Source: Lingula anatina
Taxonomy: Eukaryota > Animalia > Brachiopoda
Direction of reading: 5' to 3'
Assembly: GCA_051362555.1 (NCBI GenBank)
Contig: CM120643.1
Location: 21,084,848-21,148,847 of the forward strand
Length of the DNA: 64,000 nt
Shown here: piece by piece, positions 11,501 through 26,500 of the stretch
Layout: the number at the start of each line of letters is the position of its first letter
Numbering within the stretch: the first letter of the stretch is position 1
Position numbers and translations under genes: made by a program
Notes under the pieces: model-generated
The model's database searches: none
The model's input: only the letters and a program-made list of their open reading frames with translations
Told to the model about the DNA's origin: nothing

Positions 11501-14500
11501 AGGCACTGGGGGCCCACCAGGAACAGGAGGTCCACCAGGCACAGGAGGTCCACCAGGTACTGGAGGCCCACCAGGAACAGGAGGGCCACCAGGCACAGGA
11601 GGACCACCAGGTACAGCAGGTCCACCAGGCACAGGAGGGCCACCAGGAACAGGAGGTCCACCAGGTACAGGAGGTCCACCAGGCACAGGAGGTCCACCAG
11701 GTACTGGAGGCCCACCAGGTACAGGAGGTCCACCAGGCACAGGAGGACCACCAGGTACTGGAGGCCCACCAGGTACAGGAGGACCACCAGGCACAGGAGG
11801 CCCACCAGGAACAGGAGGTCCACCAGGTAATTCGCAATCAGTTGTCTGACTGCTGCAGCCACAGTCATAAATTGTTTAGTTACATCTCGATTAGATAACT
11901 GCAACTCCATTTTATACGGTTGTCCAAAGAAACAAATTGCCAGACTGCAGCACATTCAAAATATTTCGTCCAGATTATTAACTCGGACATCCACAAGCAA
12001 ACACGTCTCCCAAGTTTTAAAAAGTTTACACTGGCTACCTCTACAAGCCAGAATTTTATTCAAAATTTTAGTTTTTACTCACGATGCTTTTTATGGATTG
12101 GCACCAATCTACATCAATGAATTAGTTAGTCACTATGTTCCAATGCGAAATCTGCGGTCTGTAGACCAATTGCTACTCAACCCAGTAAAAATGCAATTAA
12201 AAACCTATGGTGACATATGTTTTAAAGCTGCAGGTCTAAAGGAATGGAATCTATTACCGCTGGAAATCCGAGCAATTCAGTCTACCAAACATTTTAAAAA
12301 AGAACTCAAAACATACCTTTTTTAGGAAATATTTTGATTAACTCTTAATTGGTTTTATCAATCTTGTATTAATTGCATTTAATTGTATGGAATAATGGCT
12401 GTTTTACTTAGATTTTATTTATGATATTTTATGTAGTATTATTTATGATATTTTATGTAAAGTCTACTGAACATTTTAAAAGGATTTTAGACTTAAAATA
12501 AATTTATTATTATTAGGCACAGGAGGTCCACCAGGTACAGGAGGTCCACCAGGTACAGGAGGTCCACCAGGAACAGCAGGTCCACCAGGCACAGGAGGGC
12601 CACCAGGAACAGGAGGCCCACCAGGTACAGGAGGTCCACCAGGCACAGGAGGTCCACCAGGTACAGCAGGTCCACCAGGCACAGGAGGGCCACCAGGAAC
12701 AGGAGGCCCACCAGGTACAGGAGGTCCACCAGGTACGGGAGGTCCACCAGGTACTGGAGGCCCACCAGGAACAGGAGGTCCACCAGGCACAGGAGGCCCA
12801 CCAGGCACAGGAGGTCCACCAGGAACAGGAGGTCCACCAGGCACAGGAGGCCCACCAGGAACAGGAGGTCCACCAGGAACAGGAGGTCCACCAGGAACAG
12901 GAGGTCCACCAGGTACAGGAGGTCCACCAGGAACAGGAGGTCCACCAGGTACAGGAGGCCCACCAGGAACAGGAGGTCCACCAGGTACAGGTGGTCCACC
13001 AGGCACAGGAGGTCCCCCAGGAACAGGAGGTCCACCAGGCACAGGAGGCCCACCAGGAACAGGAGGTCCACCAGGTACTGGAGGCCCACCAGGAACAGGA
13101 GGTCCACCAGGTACAGGAGGCCCACCAGGAACAGGAGGTCCACCAGGTACAGGTGGTCCACCAGGCACAGGAGGTCCACCAGGCACAGGAGGCCCACCAG
13201 GAACAGGAGGTCCACCAGGAACAGGAGGTCCACCAGGCACAGGAGGACCACCAGGTACAGGAGGTCCACCAGGAACAGGAGGTCCACCAGGAACAGGAGG
13301 CCCACCAGGTACAGGAGGTCCACCAGGCACAGGAGGTCCACCAGGTACTGGAGGCCCACCAGGTACAGGAGGTCCACCAGGCACAGGAGGTCCACCAGGT
13401 ACTGGAGGCCCACCAGGTACAGGAGGACCACCAGGCACAGGAGGCCCACCAGGAACAGGAGGTCCACCAGGTAATTCACAATCAGTTGTCTGACTGCTGC
13501 AGCCACAGTCATAAATTGTTAAGTTACATCTCGATTAGATTACTGCAACTGCATTTTATACGGTTGTCCAAAGAAACAAATTGCCAGACTGCAGCACATT
13601 CAAAATATTTTGGCCAGATTATTAACTCGGACATCCACAAGCAAACACGTCTCCCAAGTTTTAAAAAGTTTACACTGGCTACCTCTACAAGACAGAATTT
13701 TATTCAAAATTTTAGTTTTTACTCACGATACTTTTCATGGATTGGCACCAATCTACATCAATGAATTAGTTAGTCACTATGTTCCAATGCGAAATCTGCG
13801 GTCTGTAGACCAATTGCTACTCAACCCAGTAAAAATGCAATTAAAAACCTACGGTGACATATCTTTTAAAGCTGCAGGTCCAAAGGAATGGAATCTATTA
13901 CCGCTGGAAATCCGAGCAATTCAGTCTACCAAACATTTAAAAAAAGAACTCAAAACATACCTTTTTTAGGAAATATTTTGATTAACTCTTAATTGGTTTT
14001 ATCAATCTTGTATTAATTGCATTTAATTGTATGGAATAATGGCTGTTTTACCTAGATTTTATTTATGATATTTTATGTAGTATTATTTATGATATTTTAT
14101 GTAAAGTCTACTGAACATTTTAAAAGATTTTAGACTTAAAATAAATTTATTATTATTAGGCACAGGAGGTCCACCAGGTACAGGAGGTCCACCAGGTACA
14201 GGAGGTCCACCAGGTACTGGAGGCCCACCAGGAACAGGAGGTCCACCAGGCACAGGAGGCCCACCAGGAACAGGAGGTCCACCAGGCACAGGAGGTCCAC
14301 CAGGTACTGGAGGCCCACCAGGAACAGGAGGTCCACCAGGCACAGGAGGCCCACCAGGAACAGGAGGTCCACCAGGCACAGGAGGTCCACCAGGCACAGG
14401 AGGTCCACCAGGCACTGGAGGCCCACCAGGTACAGGAGGTCCACCAGGTACTGGAGGCCCACCAGGAACAGGAGGTCCACCAGGCACAGGAGGTCCACCA

Positions 14501-17500
14501 GGAACAGGAGGCCCACCAGGTACAGGAGGTCCACCAGGCACAGGAGGTCCACCAGGTACAGGAGGTCCACCAGGAACAGGAGGTCCACCAGGCACAGGAG
14601 GACCACCAGGTACAGCAGGTCCACCAGGCACAGGAGGGCCACCAGGCACAGGAGGACCACCAGGTACAGCAGGTCCACCAGGCACAGGAGGGCCACCAGG
14701 AACAGGAGGACCACCAGGCACAGGAGGTCCACCAGGTACTGGAGGCCCACCAGGTACAGGAGGACCACCAGGCACAGGAGGCCCACCAGGAACAGGAGGT
14801 CCACCAGGTAATTCGCAATCAGTTGTCTGACTGCTGCAGCCACAGTCATAAATTGTTTAGTTACATCTCGATTAGATTACTGCAACTCCATTTTATACGG
14901 TTGTCCAAAGAAACAAATTGCCAGACTGCAGCACATTCAAAATATTTCGGCCAGATTATTAACTCCGACATCCACAAGCAAACACGTCTCCCAAGTTTTA
15001 AAAAGTTTACACTGGCTACCTCTACAAGCCAGAATTTTATTCAAAATTTTAGTTTTTACTCACGATGCTTTTTATGGATTGGCACCAATCTACATCAATG
15101 AATTAGTTAGTCACTATGTTCCAATGCGAAATCTGCGGTCTGTAGACCAATTGCTACTCAACCCAGTAAAAATGCAATTAAAAACCTACGGTGACATATC
15201 TTTTAAAGCTGCAGGTCCAAAGGAATGGAATCTATTACCGCTGGAAATCCGAGCAATTCAGTCTACCAAAAATTTTTAAAAAGAACTCAAAACATACCTT
15301 TTTTAGGAAATATTTTGATTAACTCTTAATTGGTTTTATACATCTTGTATTAATTGCATTTAATTGTATGGAATAATGGCTGTTTTACCTAGATTTTATT
15401 TATGATATTTTATGTAGTATTATTTATGATATTTTATGTAAAGTCTACTGAACATTTTAAAAGGATTTTAGACTTAAAATAAATTTATTATTATTAGGCA
15501 CAGGAGGTCCACCAGGTACAGGAGGTCCACCAGGTACAGGAGGTCCACCAGGTACTGGAGGCCCACCAGGAACAGGAGGTCCACCAGGCACAGGAGGTCC
15601 ACCAGGTACTGGAGGCCCACCAGGTACTGGAGGTCCACCAGGCACAGGAGGCCCACCAGGAACAGGAGGTCCACCAGGTAATTCGCAATCAGTTGTCTGA
15701 CTCTGTTGCAGCCACAGTCATAAATTGTTTAGTTACATCTCGATTAGATTACTGCAACTCCATTTTATACAGTTGTCCAAAGAAACAAATTGTCAGACTG
15801 CAGCATATTCAAAATATTTCGTCCAGATTATTAACTCGGACATCCACAAGCAAACACGTCTCCCAAGTTTTAAAAAGTTTACACTGGCTACCTCTACAAG
15901 CCAGAATTTTATTCAAATTTTTAGTTTTTACTCACGATGCTTTTTATGGATTGGCACCAATCTACATCAATGAATTAGTTAGTCACTATGTTCCAATGCG
16001 AAATCTGCGGTCTGTAGACCAATTGCTACTCAACCCAGTAAAAATGCAATTAAAAACCTATGGTGACATATGTTTTAAAGCTGCAGGTCTAAAGGAATGG
16101 AATCTATTACCGCTGGAAATCCGAGCAATTCAGTCTACCAAACATTTTAAAAAAGAACTCAAAACATACCTTTTTTAGGAAATATTTTGATTAACTCTTA
16201 ATTGGTTTTATCAATCTTGTATTAATTGCATTTAATTGTATGGAATAATGGCTGTTTTACCTAGATTTTATTTATGATATTTTATGTAGTATTATTTATG
16301 ATATTTTATGTAAAGTCTACTGAACATTTTAAAAGGATTTTAGACTTAAAATAAATTTATTATTATTAGGCACAGGAGGTCCACCAGGTACAGGAGGTCC
16401 ACCAGGTACTGGAGGTCCACCAGGTACAGGAGGTCCACCAGGTACTGGAGGCCCACCAGGAACAGGAGGTCCACCAGGCACAGGAGGCCCACCAGGAACA
16501 GGAGGTCCACCAGGAACAGGAGGTCCACCAGGTACTGGAGGCCCACCAGGAACAGGAGGTCCACCAGGCACTGGGGGCCCACCAGGAACAGGAGGTCCAC
16601 CAGGCACAGGAGGTCCACCAGGTACTGGAGGCCCACCAGGAACAGGAGGTCCACCAGGTACAGGTGGTCCACCAGGAACAGGAGGTCCCCCAGGAACAGG
16701 AGGTCCACCAGGAACAGGAGGTCCCCCAGGAACAGGAGGTCCACCAGGAACAGGAGGTCCACCAGGTACTGGAGGCCCACCAGGCACAGGAGGTCCACCA
16801 GGCACAGGAGGTCCACCAGGAACAGGAGGTCCACCAGGTACTGGAGGCCCACCAGGAACAGGAGGTCCACCAGGCACTGGGGGCCCACCAGGAACAGGAG
16901 GTCCACCAGGCACAGGAGGTCCACCAGGTACTGGAGGCCCACCAGGAACAGGAGGGCCACCAGGCACAGGAGGACCACCAGGTACAGCAGGTCCACCAGG
17001 CACAGGAGGGCCACCAGGAACAGGAGGTCCACCAGGTACAGGAGGTCCACCAGGCACAGGAGGTCCACCAGGTACTGGAGGCCCACCAGGTACAGGAGGT
17101 CCACCAGGCACAGGAGGACCACCAGGTACTGGAGGCCCACCAGGTACAGGAGGACCACCAGGCACAGGAGGTCCACCAGGAACAGGAGGTCCACCAGGTA
17201 ATTCGCAATCAGTTGTCTGACTGCTGCAGCCACAGTCATAAATTGTTTAGTTACATCTCGATTAGATAACTGCAACTCCATTTTATACGGTTGTCCAAAG
17301 AAACAAATTGCCAGACTGCAGCACATTCAAAATATTTCGTCCAGATTATTAACTCGGACATCCACAAGCAAACACGTCTCCCAAGTTTTAAAAAGTTTAC
17401 ACTGGCTACCTCTACAAGCCACCCAGATAGCAAAGAGTGGTCGCGCCAACGTCGGCCCGACGACTTTGCCTCCGTCGGGCCAACGTTGGCAGACGACGTC

Positions 17501-20500
17501 GGTTCGAAGTCGGCGTGTCCGGCGGCCCGCCGTCGGCCCACCGGTGGTCTGCCACCCTTTTGCCAACGTCGCACCGACGCTGGGCCGACGTCATTATGGA
17601 TAAACGGCGGTCAGCCGCTGTCATGCCGACAATTTGCCAACTTCGCGCCAACGTCGGGCCAACGTCGTTATGAGCTATTACTACCGGCGGTTAGCCGCTG
17701 TTATGCCGACCTTTTGCCGACGTCGCGCCAACGTTGGGCCAATGTCGTTATGAGCTATTACTATCGGCGGTTAGCCGCTGTTATGCCAACGGTGCCACCT
17801 TCTTGCCAACTTCGCGCCAACGTCGTTAACCATCGTTTTACCACCGTTATGCAAATAATGCCGTTCTTTAATTAGCCAATGTTATTATGGACTCTCCATG
17901 GTCAGCCAGCTATGACTCAATTGGCGAACGTTGGCAATAGGGTAGCAGCGGCGTTTCTTCGTAATAACCCTCTCACTGAAGTGAAAAAGTCCCGTTGGCC
18001 TAAAAGATAATAATAATAACAACTTGAATCATGTTTTGTGAAGAAACATCTTTATAAATCTGAGTGAGTTAATAACGATAATTCAATTAATTATTGAAAA
18101 TAAATATTATTACTGATGTATCTCTAAAGATCTACTTTACAGATGTCATATATAATCCAAGCTTTCGGTCCCTAGGCCTTCTATAGAGACATTAAAAAAA
18201 TGGCGAAGAAAAACTCCTGGGGTATGTGGCGTCGATGATGTATTAAAGGCACGCGATGCTGCAAAAGCGTCCTAAACGCTAAACGTAACATATAAAAAAT
18301 CAATATTCATTTAAGAAACTATTGTCCCTACTGAGTCCATTATTCAAGGTGTCTAGTGTTCTAATACATTTCTGTACGGCGATCCGTCTTTGCCTAGTGT
18401 CGTTTTCTTTTAAGACGGTGACGGTGATGCCTTTAGCTGAGTGTTGTGTTGTCCCACAGGCACGAAGAGGTTTTTGTTGTTTATAGGGCAGCGGTGGTGT
18501 CTAATTCTGTCTTTTAATTTCTGCCTCGTTTCCCCGACGTACATTTGATGGCATTGTTAACATCATATCAAATAGATGACGCTCTGTGAGTCGCAAGATT
18601 TGCAGCATATCTTTGACTACGACACTACGCTGGAAAGAAGTGACTGTGGCCTTAATTCCCACACGGGACGAAGAGGAATGATGATGATGACTAAGATTCA
18701 TCTGAGGAACTCTGCTGCGGCGCCTGGGCTGCTTCTCTCTCTGTGAAGAGAATAGAAAAATATAAAAACTCACACTTAATCTAATAAAACATACAAAATT
18801 CACCGTTAATATCATATGTTATTTCACTGATATGCAAAATAAAAAACGGCTAAGAAGACAACTGAAACCAAGCTTAAGGAATCTAGCATGATACTGATCC
18901 ACGTTTCTCTAACTATTATTTTTCTATTTGCGATGTGAAATGTTCTAAACTTTATGAGGTCAGGGACAGACAGGTTAGTTTTGTACGCTCGATTTTGGCC
19001 GCAACGAATCAACAATCCATGTTTCTCTATCGTATTATTGAACCGTTGGTTTCAGTTGTCTTCTAATGACTTATTTCCTAGTTCGCATCCAATCCACCCG
19101 CGCTTATTCGTAATGTTGCATATTGAAATGAAGTTGTTAATGTATACTTTGAAATGTAGACGAAATAATGTAATTATTTTCCAGGGAAGTGGTTACTCTG
19201 CTAAATTTATTACCCTTCTTCTTCTCCAGCCTCCTCCTTCTACCCCCATCCCTGTCACTAGTTACATATATTTTAAGAAGAATAATGTACTAAATTCCAG
19301 AAGAGAGTAGCAGGCAAGAAGTAGGCTAAATTAATTTCTTAGTTGTTTACTACTTAATCCATTGATAGGGATGATATAAGTTAAACTACTGCATCTTACC
19401 ATGGCAATGACACACTGAAGCACTTTAACTATATACACACATACCTTTCAAGTGTATTTTCTTGTGAGGATTGACTGCTCAACACAGGCGACAAATAGGT
19501 AGTAATGCATGATGGAAGACTATAAGAGAAATATGAGATACATATTAAGTGTGGCTTTGTAATGTGCACAAAATGCCTTGTCTAATTATGAGCCTAAACC
19601 AAAAAAAAAAAAAAAACATTATTATCCCAGCAGGCAAATCAACATTGAATCAATGTTGAATCAACATTGATGGTCAACGTTGAAATGATGTTGATATGAC
19701 GTTGACTATGAAAGTTGACTCAACGTTGAACCATCAAGGTTGAATCAACCTTGAGGTATCAATGTTGAATCAACATTGACGGTCAATGTTGAAACTATGT
19801 TGATATGACGTTGACTATGAAAGTTGACTCAACGTTGAACCATCAAGGTTGAATCAACCTTGAGGTCTCAATGTTGAATCAATGTTGACGGTCAACGTTG
19901 AAACTGTTGATATGACGTTGACTATGAAAGTTGAATCAACGTTGAACCATCAAGGTTGAATCAACCTTGAGGTTTCAATGTTGAATCAACGTTGAAAGTC
20001 AACGTTGAAACTATGTTGATGTGACGTTGACTATGAAAGTTGACTCAACGTTGAACCATCAAGGTTGAATCAACCTTGAGGTATCAATGTTGAATCAACG
20101 TTGACAGTCAACATTGAAACTTTGTTGATATGACGTTGACTATGAAAGTTGAATCAACGTTGAACCATCAAGGTTGAATCAACCTTGAACCATCATGGTT
20201 GAAACAACCCTGACGTATCAATGTTGAATCAACATTGATACCTCAATGTTGAATCAATGTTGAAATAAAGTTGAATTTGAAAATTGAATTAACGTTGATA
20301 TATCAATTAGGCTATCAGGATATTTGATTGAAATTTGCCTGATGGCTGAAGGTGTTCTCCAAGATATTAACCATTTCTTGAAATAAAAAGACTCAGATCT
20401 GAAAAGGGGGGGAAATTAGGAAAATTACCTACAAAAAAAGGTAATTTCGGAAGAAAAGGGGGGTGGGGTCCAGACCCCGGGACCGGCCCCTGTATCCACC

Positions 20501-23500
20501 TATGGGTCGTCAGATTCTTTTAAAACTTTCCAGTTTGATGCTCAGTGTTACGGACCAAAACAGCCCGAACATAAAAAAACACAAACAAACTAACTTTACT
20601 ATGAATATAATATATTTCAAACAATGAACATACACTACATAAACTAACTACATGTAATACTATCATGTTGCATAAACTTTAACATTTGTCAAATTCAGTT
20701 AAATTCTAACAGATTCATAGACAGTTAAGTTTTGAAGATGCAATGTCACAGTTTTACGAGTCCTTTTCTGTTAAACGTTCCTCCTGATAGTGTGGGGTTT
20801 TGAAGACGCAATGTCACCGTTTTCCATGTCCATTTCTGTTGAACGATCCTCCTGATAGTGTGGGGTTTTGAAGACGAAATGTCACCGTTTTCTATGTCCT
20901 TATCTGTTGAACGATCCTCCTGATAGTGTGGCCTCACAAAGTACTGTTAATAAAGTACAGTTTTTGTACTGTAAAAGTGTTACACACTGTCCACACTCAC
21001 TTGTTGCATCAGTTCATGTTATCCGGGGTCACGCACTTAATAACAGTCCCGCACTTCATTTACATTATACAAGTATGCAGTCACATACGGTAATTACTCA
21101 TAAAAATTAAACAACAAATTAGCTTTACTAAAATAATTTTAATGTCACATCAGGTAGCTAAGATAATTTTAAGAATACAAAAACAAAGAGTCACCAGTCT
21201 AATTTTTTTCTCACAGCTAACTTAAATTTCCAGAAAAACAGGCATTTTTGGCTTTTTCAAGCTTTTTCTTCAACCTTGAGTAAAATTTTGTCAATTTGCC
21301 ATGAGGTAAGGCTGGTGACCCTATGTTTTTTTTTTCTTTTTCTTAAAGATAACCTGTGGAAAGTTTTAAAAAAACTGACGACCGCTTTTTTCACAAAATT
21401 AATTTTAATGAAAAAGGGGTAAAACAAGTGTTTTATGAGGGGTAATTACCCCTATGCATACCTCTCTAGTGAGATAATCATTTAAAACTATTATCAAGGT
21501 TATGATTAAGGTTATAAAGTTAAGGTTGGCCCAATGTTGAGATCCAGTTGATATGTCAACAATGACAAAGGGTTTACAAACACAGGTTGATTCAATGTTG
21601 AAATCCTGTTGATCTATCAACATTGAAAACTGATTGACAAAGAAAGGTAAAATCAATGTTGAGACCCTGTTGATCTATCAACATTGACAATTGGTTGACA
21701 AGAAAAGGTTGATTCAATGTTGAAATCCTGTTGATGTATCAACATTGACAATTGATTGACAAAGAAAGGTTAAATCAATGTTGAGACCCTGTTGATCTAT
21801 CAACATTGACAATTGGTTGACAAGAAAAGGTTGATTCAATGTTGAGATCTTGTTGATCTATCAATATTGATGGATCAACATCATCTCAACCTATCCTCAA
21901 TGTTGAATCAACGTTGAGTGCCCGCTGGGATATCATACCCTGTGGGTATTTGACTAAACATCTAGAAAAAAATTCAATTTAAACTTCCCCCCCCCCCCTC
22001 CCTAAAAAAAACCACCTCTGGATATTTTAGGTTAGCCTACTGAGGTCCATTTTTGAACAGAAAACCTGTAAAAATCTGAGTGGACATTATACCCCTTAAT
22101 GCTAAACTCAGTTTGGAATGTATGCCATAAGGTTTATCCAGTGTTAAACCCATGCTGACATTATAAGTTTACATGTTAGTATCATGCAGCCTTGCTATAT
22201 ACCCCTATTATATAAGCATTTCAAATTAAACTAGAGAAAATATAAACAATATATACTCCTAAGTACAAAAAAAGTACTAGAACGTTGCTCATTCACATTT
22301 ATAAATTGTCTATACATGAAATGTGGTAATTGAAATGTCTTTCAAAGCATAAAAGAATTTGAGCGGGAAAATCTTTTTAGCCGCCGGAAACCCAACGTCG
22401 CCCCGACGTTGGTTCAAAGGTGGCATGCAGCGCGCCAACTGCCTGCAGCTACGACTAACAAATTATTGACAGATTTGCTTGTTTTCGTTAATTCATCTAC
22501 AACAAATAAACCTCCACCTATAGTACGAAAAACATAAACACTTTAAAGTAAATACTTACCTAACAATTTGGTGCAAAATACGGAAAATATGAAATAACCG
22601 TCAAGTGCACTTGCAACGATCTATGGCCGCTTAGTGTGGGTGACCTCGATTTGAAATTGGCCGCTTAGTGCAAATCAAGCACAGCTGGTGAGCCACCGTT
22701 ATACCGACGTCGGGCCGACGGCGTGAAGCAGTCGTCGGCCCGACGTCGGGTCACCAGTAGTGGCCCGACGCACAGCTGATGAGCCACCGTTATACCGACG
22801 TCGGGCCGACGGCGTGAAGCAGTCGTCGGCCCGACGTCGGGTCACTAGTAGTGGCCCGACGTCGGCCCGACAACGACTGCCGACCGCGACCGTGCCGACC
22901 AATGCCGACGTCGGCCCGACCGCTCATTGCTATCTGGGCAGAATTTTATTCAAAATTTTAGTTTTTACTCACGATGCTTTTTATGGATTGGCACCAATCT
23001 ACATCAATGAATTAGTTAGTCACTATGTTCCAATGCGAAATCTGCGGTCTGTAGACCAATTGCTACTCAACCCAGTAAAAATGCAATTAAAAACCTATGG
23101 TGACATATGTTTTAAAGCTGCAGGTCTAAAGGAATGGAATCTATTACCGCTGGAAATCCGAGCAATTCAGTCTACCAAACATTTTAAAAAAGAACTCAAA
23201 ACATACCTTTTTTAGGAAATATTTTGATTAACTCTTAATTGGTTTTATCAATCTTGTATTAATTGCATTTAATTGTATGGAATAATGGCTGTTTTACCTA
23301 GATTTTATTCATGATATTTTATGTAGTATTATTTATGATATTTTATGTAAAGTCTACTGAACATTTTAAAAGGATTTTAGACTTAAAATAAATTTATTAT
23401 TATTAGGCACAGGAGGTCCACCAGGTACAGGAGGTCCACCAGGCACAGGAGGTCCACCAGGTACAGGAGGCCCACCAGGAACAGGAGGTCCACCAGGTAC

Positions 23501-26500
23501 AGGAGGCCCACCAGGAACAGGAGGTCCACCAGGTACAGGAGGTCCACCAGGAACAGGAGGTCCACCAGGTACTGGAGGCCCACCAGGAACAGGAGGTCCA
23601 CCAGGTACAGGTGGCCCACCAGGAACAGGAGGTCCACCAGGTACAGGTGGTCCACCAGGCACAGGAGGTCCCCCAGGAACAGGAGGTCCACCAGGCACAG
23701 GAGGTCCACCAGGTACTGGAGGCCCACCAGGAACAGGAGGTCCACCAGGCACAGGAGGACCACCAGGTACAGCAGGTCCACCAGGCACAGGAGGGCCACC
23801 AGGAACAGGAGGCCCACCAGGTACAGGAGGTCCACCAGGTACAGGAGGTCCACCAGGTACTGGAGGCCCACCAGGAACAGCAGGTCCACCAGGCACAGGA
23901 GGCCCACCAGGAACAGGAGGTCCACCAGGTACAGGTGGTCCACCAGGAACAGGAGGCCCACCAGGAACAGGAGGCCCACCAGGAACAGGAGGTCCACCAG
24001 GAACAGGAGGCCCACCAGGAACAGGAGGTCCACCAGGAACAGGAGGTCCACCAGGTACTGGAGGCCCACCAGGAACAGGAGGTCCACCAGGCACAGGAGG
24101 CCCACCAGGAACAGGAGGTCCACCAGGTACAGGAGGTCCACCAGGAACAGGAGGTCCACCAGGCACAGGAGGCCCACCAGGTACAGGAGGTCCACCAGGA
24201 ACAGGAGGTCCACCAGGCACAGGAGGTCCACCAGGTACAGGAGGTCCACCAGGAACAGGAGGCCCACCAGGTACAGGAGGTCCACCAGGAACAGGAGGTC
24301 CACCAGGAACAGGAGGTCCACCAGGCACAGGAGGCCCACCAGGTACTGGAGGCCCACCAGGTACAGGAGGTCCACCAGGCACAGGAGGACCACCAGGTAC
24401 TGGAGGCCCACCAGGTACAGGAGGACCACCAGGCACAGGAGGCCCACCAGGAACAGGAGGTCCACCAGGTAATTCGCAATCAGTTGTCTGACTGCTGCAG
24501 CCACAGTCATAAATTGTTTAGTTACATCTCGATTAGATAACTGCAACTCCATTTTATACGGTTGTCCAAAGAAACAAATTGCCAGACTGCAGCACATTCA
24601 AAATATTTCGTCCAGATTATTAACTCGGACATCCACAAGCAAACACGTCTCCCAAGTTTTAAAAAGTTTACACTGGCTACCTCTACAAGCCAGAATTTTA
24701 TTCAAAATTTTAGTTTTTACTCACGATGCTTTTTATGGATTGGCACCAATCTACATCAATGAATTAGTTAGTCACTATGTTCCAATGCGAAATCTGCGGT
24801 CTGTAGACCAATTGCTACTCAACCCAGTAAAAATGCAATTAAAAACCTATGGTGACATATGTTTTAAAGCTGCAGGTCTAAAGGAATGGAATCTATTACC
24901 GCTGGAAATCCGAGCAATTCAGTCTACCAAACATTTTAAAAAAGAACTCAAAACATACCTTTTTTAGGAAATATTTTGATTAACTCTTAATTGGTTTTAT
25001 CAATCTTGTATTAATTGCATTTAATTGTATGGAATAATGGCTGTTTTACCTAGATTTTATTTATGATATTTTATGTAGTATTATTTATGATATTTTATGT
25101 AAAGTCTACTGAACATTTTAAAAGGATTTTAGACTTAAAATAAATTTATTATTATTAGGCACAGGAGGTCCACCAGGTACAGGAGGTCCACCAGGTACTG
25201 GAGGTCCACCAGGTACAGGAGGTCCACCAGGTACTGGAGGCCCACCAGGAACAGGAGGTCCACCAGGCACAGGAGGCCCACCAGGAACAGGAGGTCCACC
25301 AGGAACAGGAGGTCCACCAGGTACTGGAGGCCCACCAGGAACAGGAGGTCCACCAGGCACTGGGGGCCCACCAGGAACAGGAGGTCCACCAGGCACAGGA
25401 GGTCCACCAGGTACTGGAGGCCCACCAGGAACAGGAGGTCCACCAGGTACAGGTGGTCCACCAGGAACAGGAGGTCCCCCAGGAACAGGAGGTCCACCAG
25501 GAACAGGAGGTCCCCCAGGAACAGGAGGTCCACCAGGAACAGGAGGTCCACCAGGTACTGGAGGCCCACCAGGCACAGGAGGTCCACCAGGCACAGGAGG
25601 TCCACCAGGAACAGGAGGTCCACCAGGTACTGGAGGCCCACCAGGAACAGGAGGTCCACCAGGCACTGGGGGCCCACCAGGAACAGGAGGTCCACCAGGC
25701 ACAGGAGGTCCACCAGGTACTGGAGGCCCACCAGGAACAGGAGGGCCACCAGGCACAGGAGGACCACCAGGTACAGCAGGTCCACCAGGCACAGGAGGGC
25801 CACCAGGAACAGGAGGTCCACCAGGTACAGGAGGTCCACCAGGCACAGGAGGTCCACCAGGTACTGGAGGCCCACCAGGTACAGGAGGTCCACCAGGCAC
25901 AGGAGGACCACCAGGTACTGGAGGCCCACCAGGTACAGGAGGACCACCAGGCACAGGAGGTCCACCAGGAACAGGAGGTCCACCAGGTAATTCGCAATCA
26001 GTTGTCTGACTGCTGCAGCCACAGTCATAAATTGTTTAGTTACATCTCGATTAGATAACTGCAACTCCATTTTATACGGTTGTCCAAAGAAACAAATTGC
26101 CAGACTGCAGCACATTCAAAATATTTCGTCCAGATTATTAACTCGGACATCTACAAGCAAACACGTCTCCCAAGTTTTAAAAAGTTTACACTGGCTACCT
26201 CTACAAGCCAGAATTTTATTCAAAATTTTAGTTTTTACTCACGATGCTTTTTATGGATTGGCACCAATCTACATCAATGAATTAGTTAGTCACTATGTTC
26301 CAATGCGAAATCTGCGGTCTGTAGACCAATTGCTACTCAACCCAGTAAAAATGCAATTAAAAACCTATGGTGACATATGTTTTAAAGCTGCAGGTCTAAA
26401 GGAATGGAATCTATTACCGCTGGAAATCCGAGCAATTCAGTCTACCAAACATTTTAAAAAAGAACTCAAAACATACCTTTTTTAGGAAATATTTTGATTA

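Noticed and set aside
17251-17875. GC-rich Arg/Pro-rich ORFs here and at 22699-23215
   Set aside because: They arise from the palindromic subterminal repeats of the transposon and have no recognisable domain.
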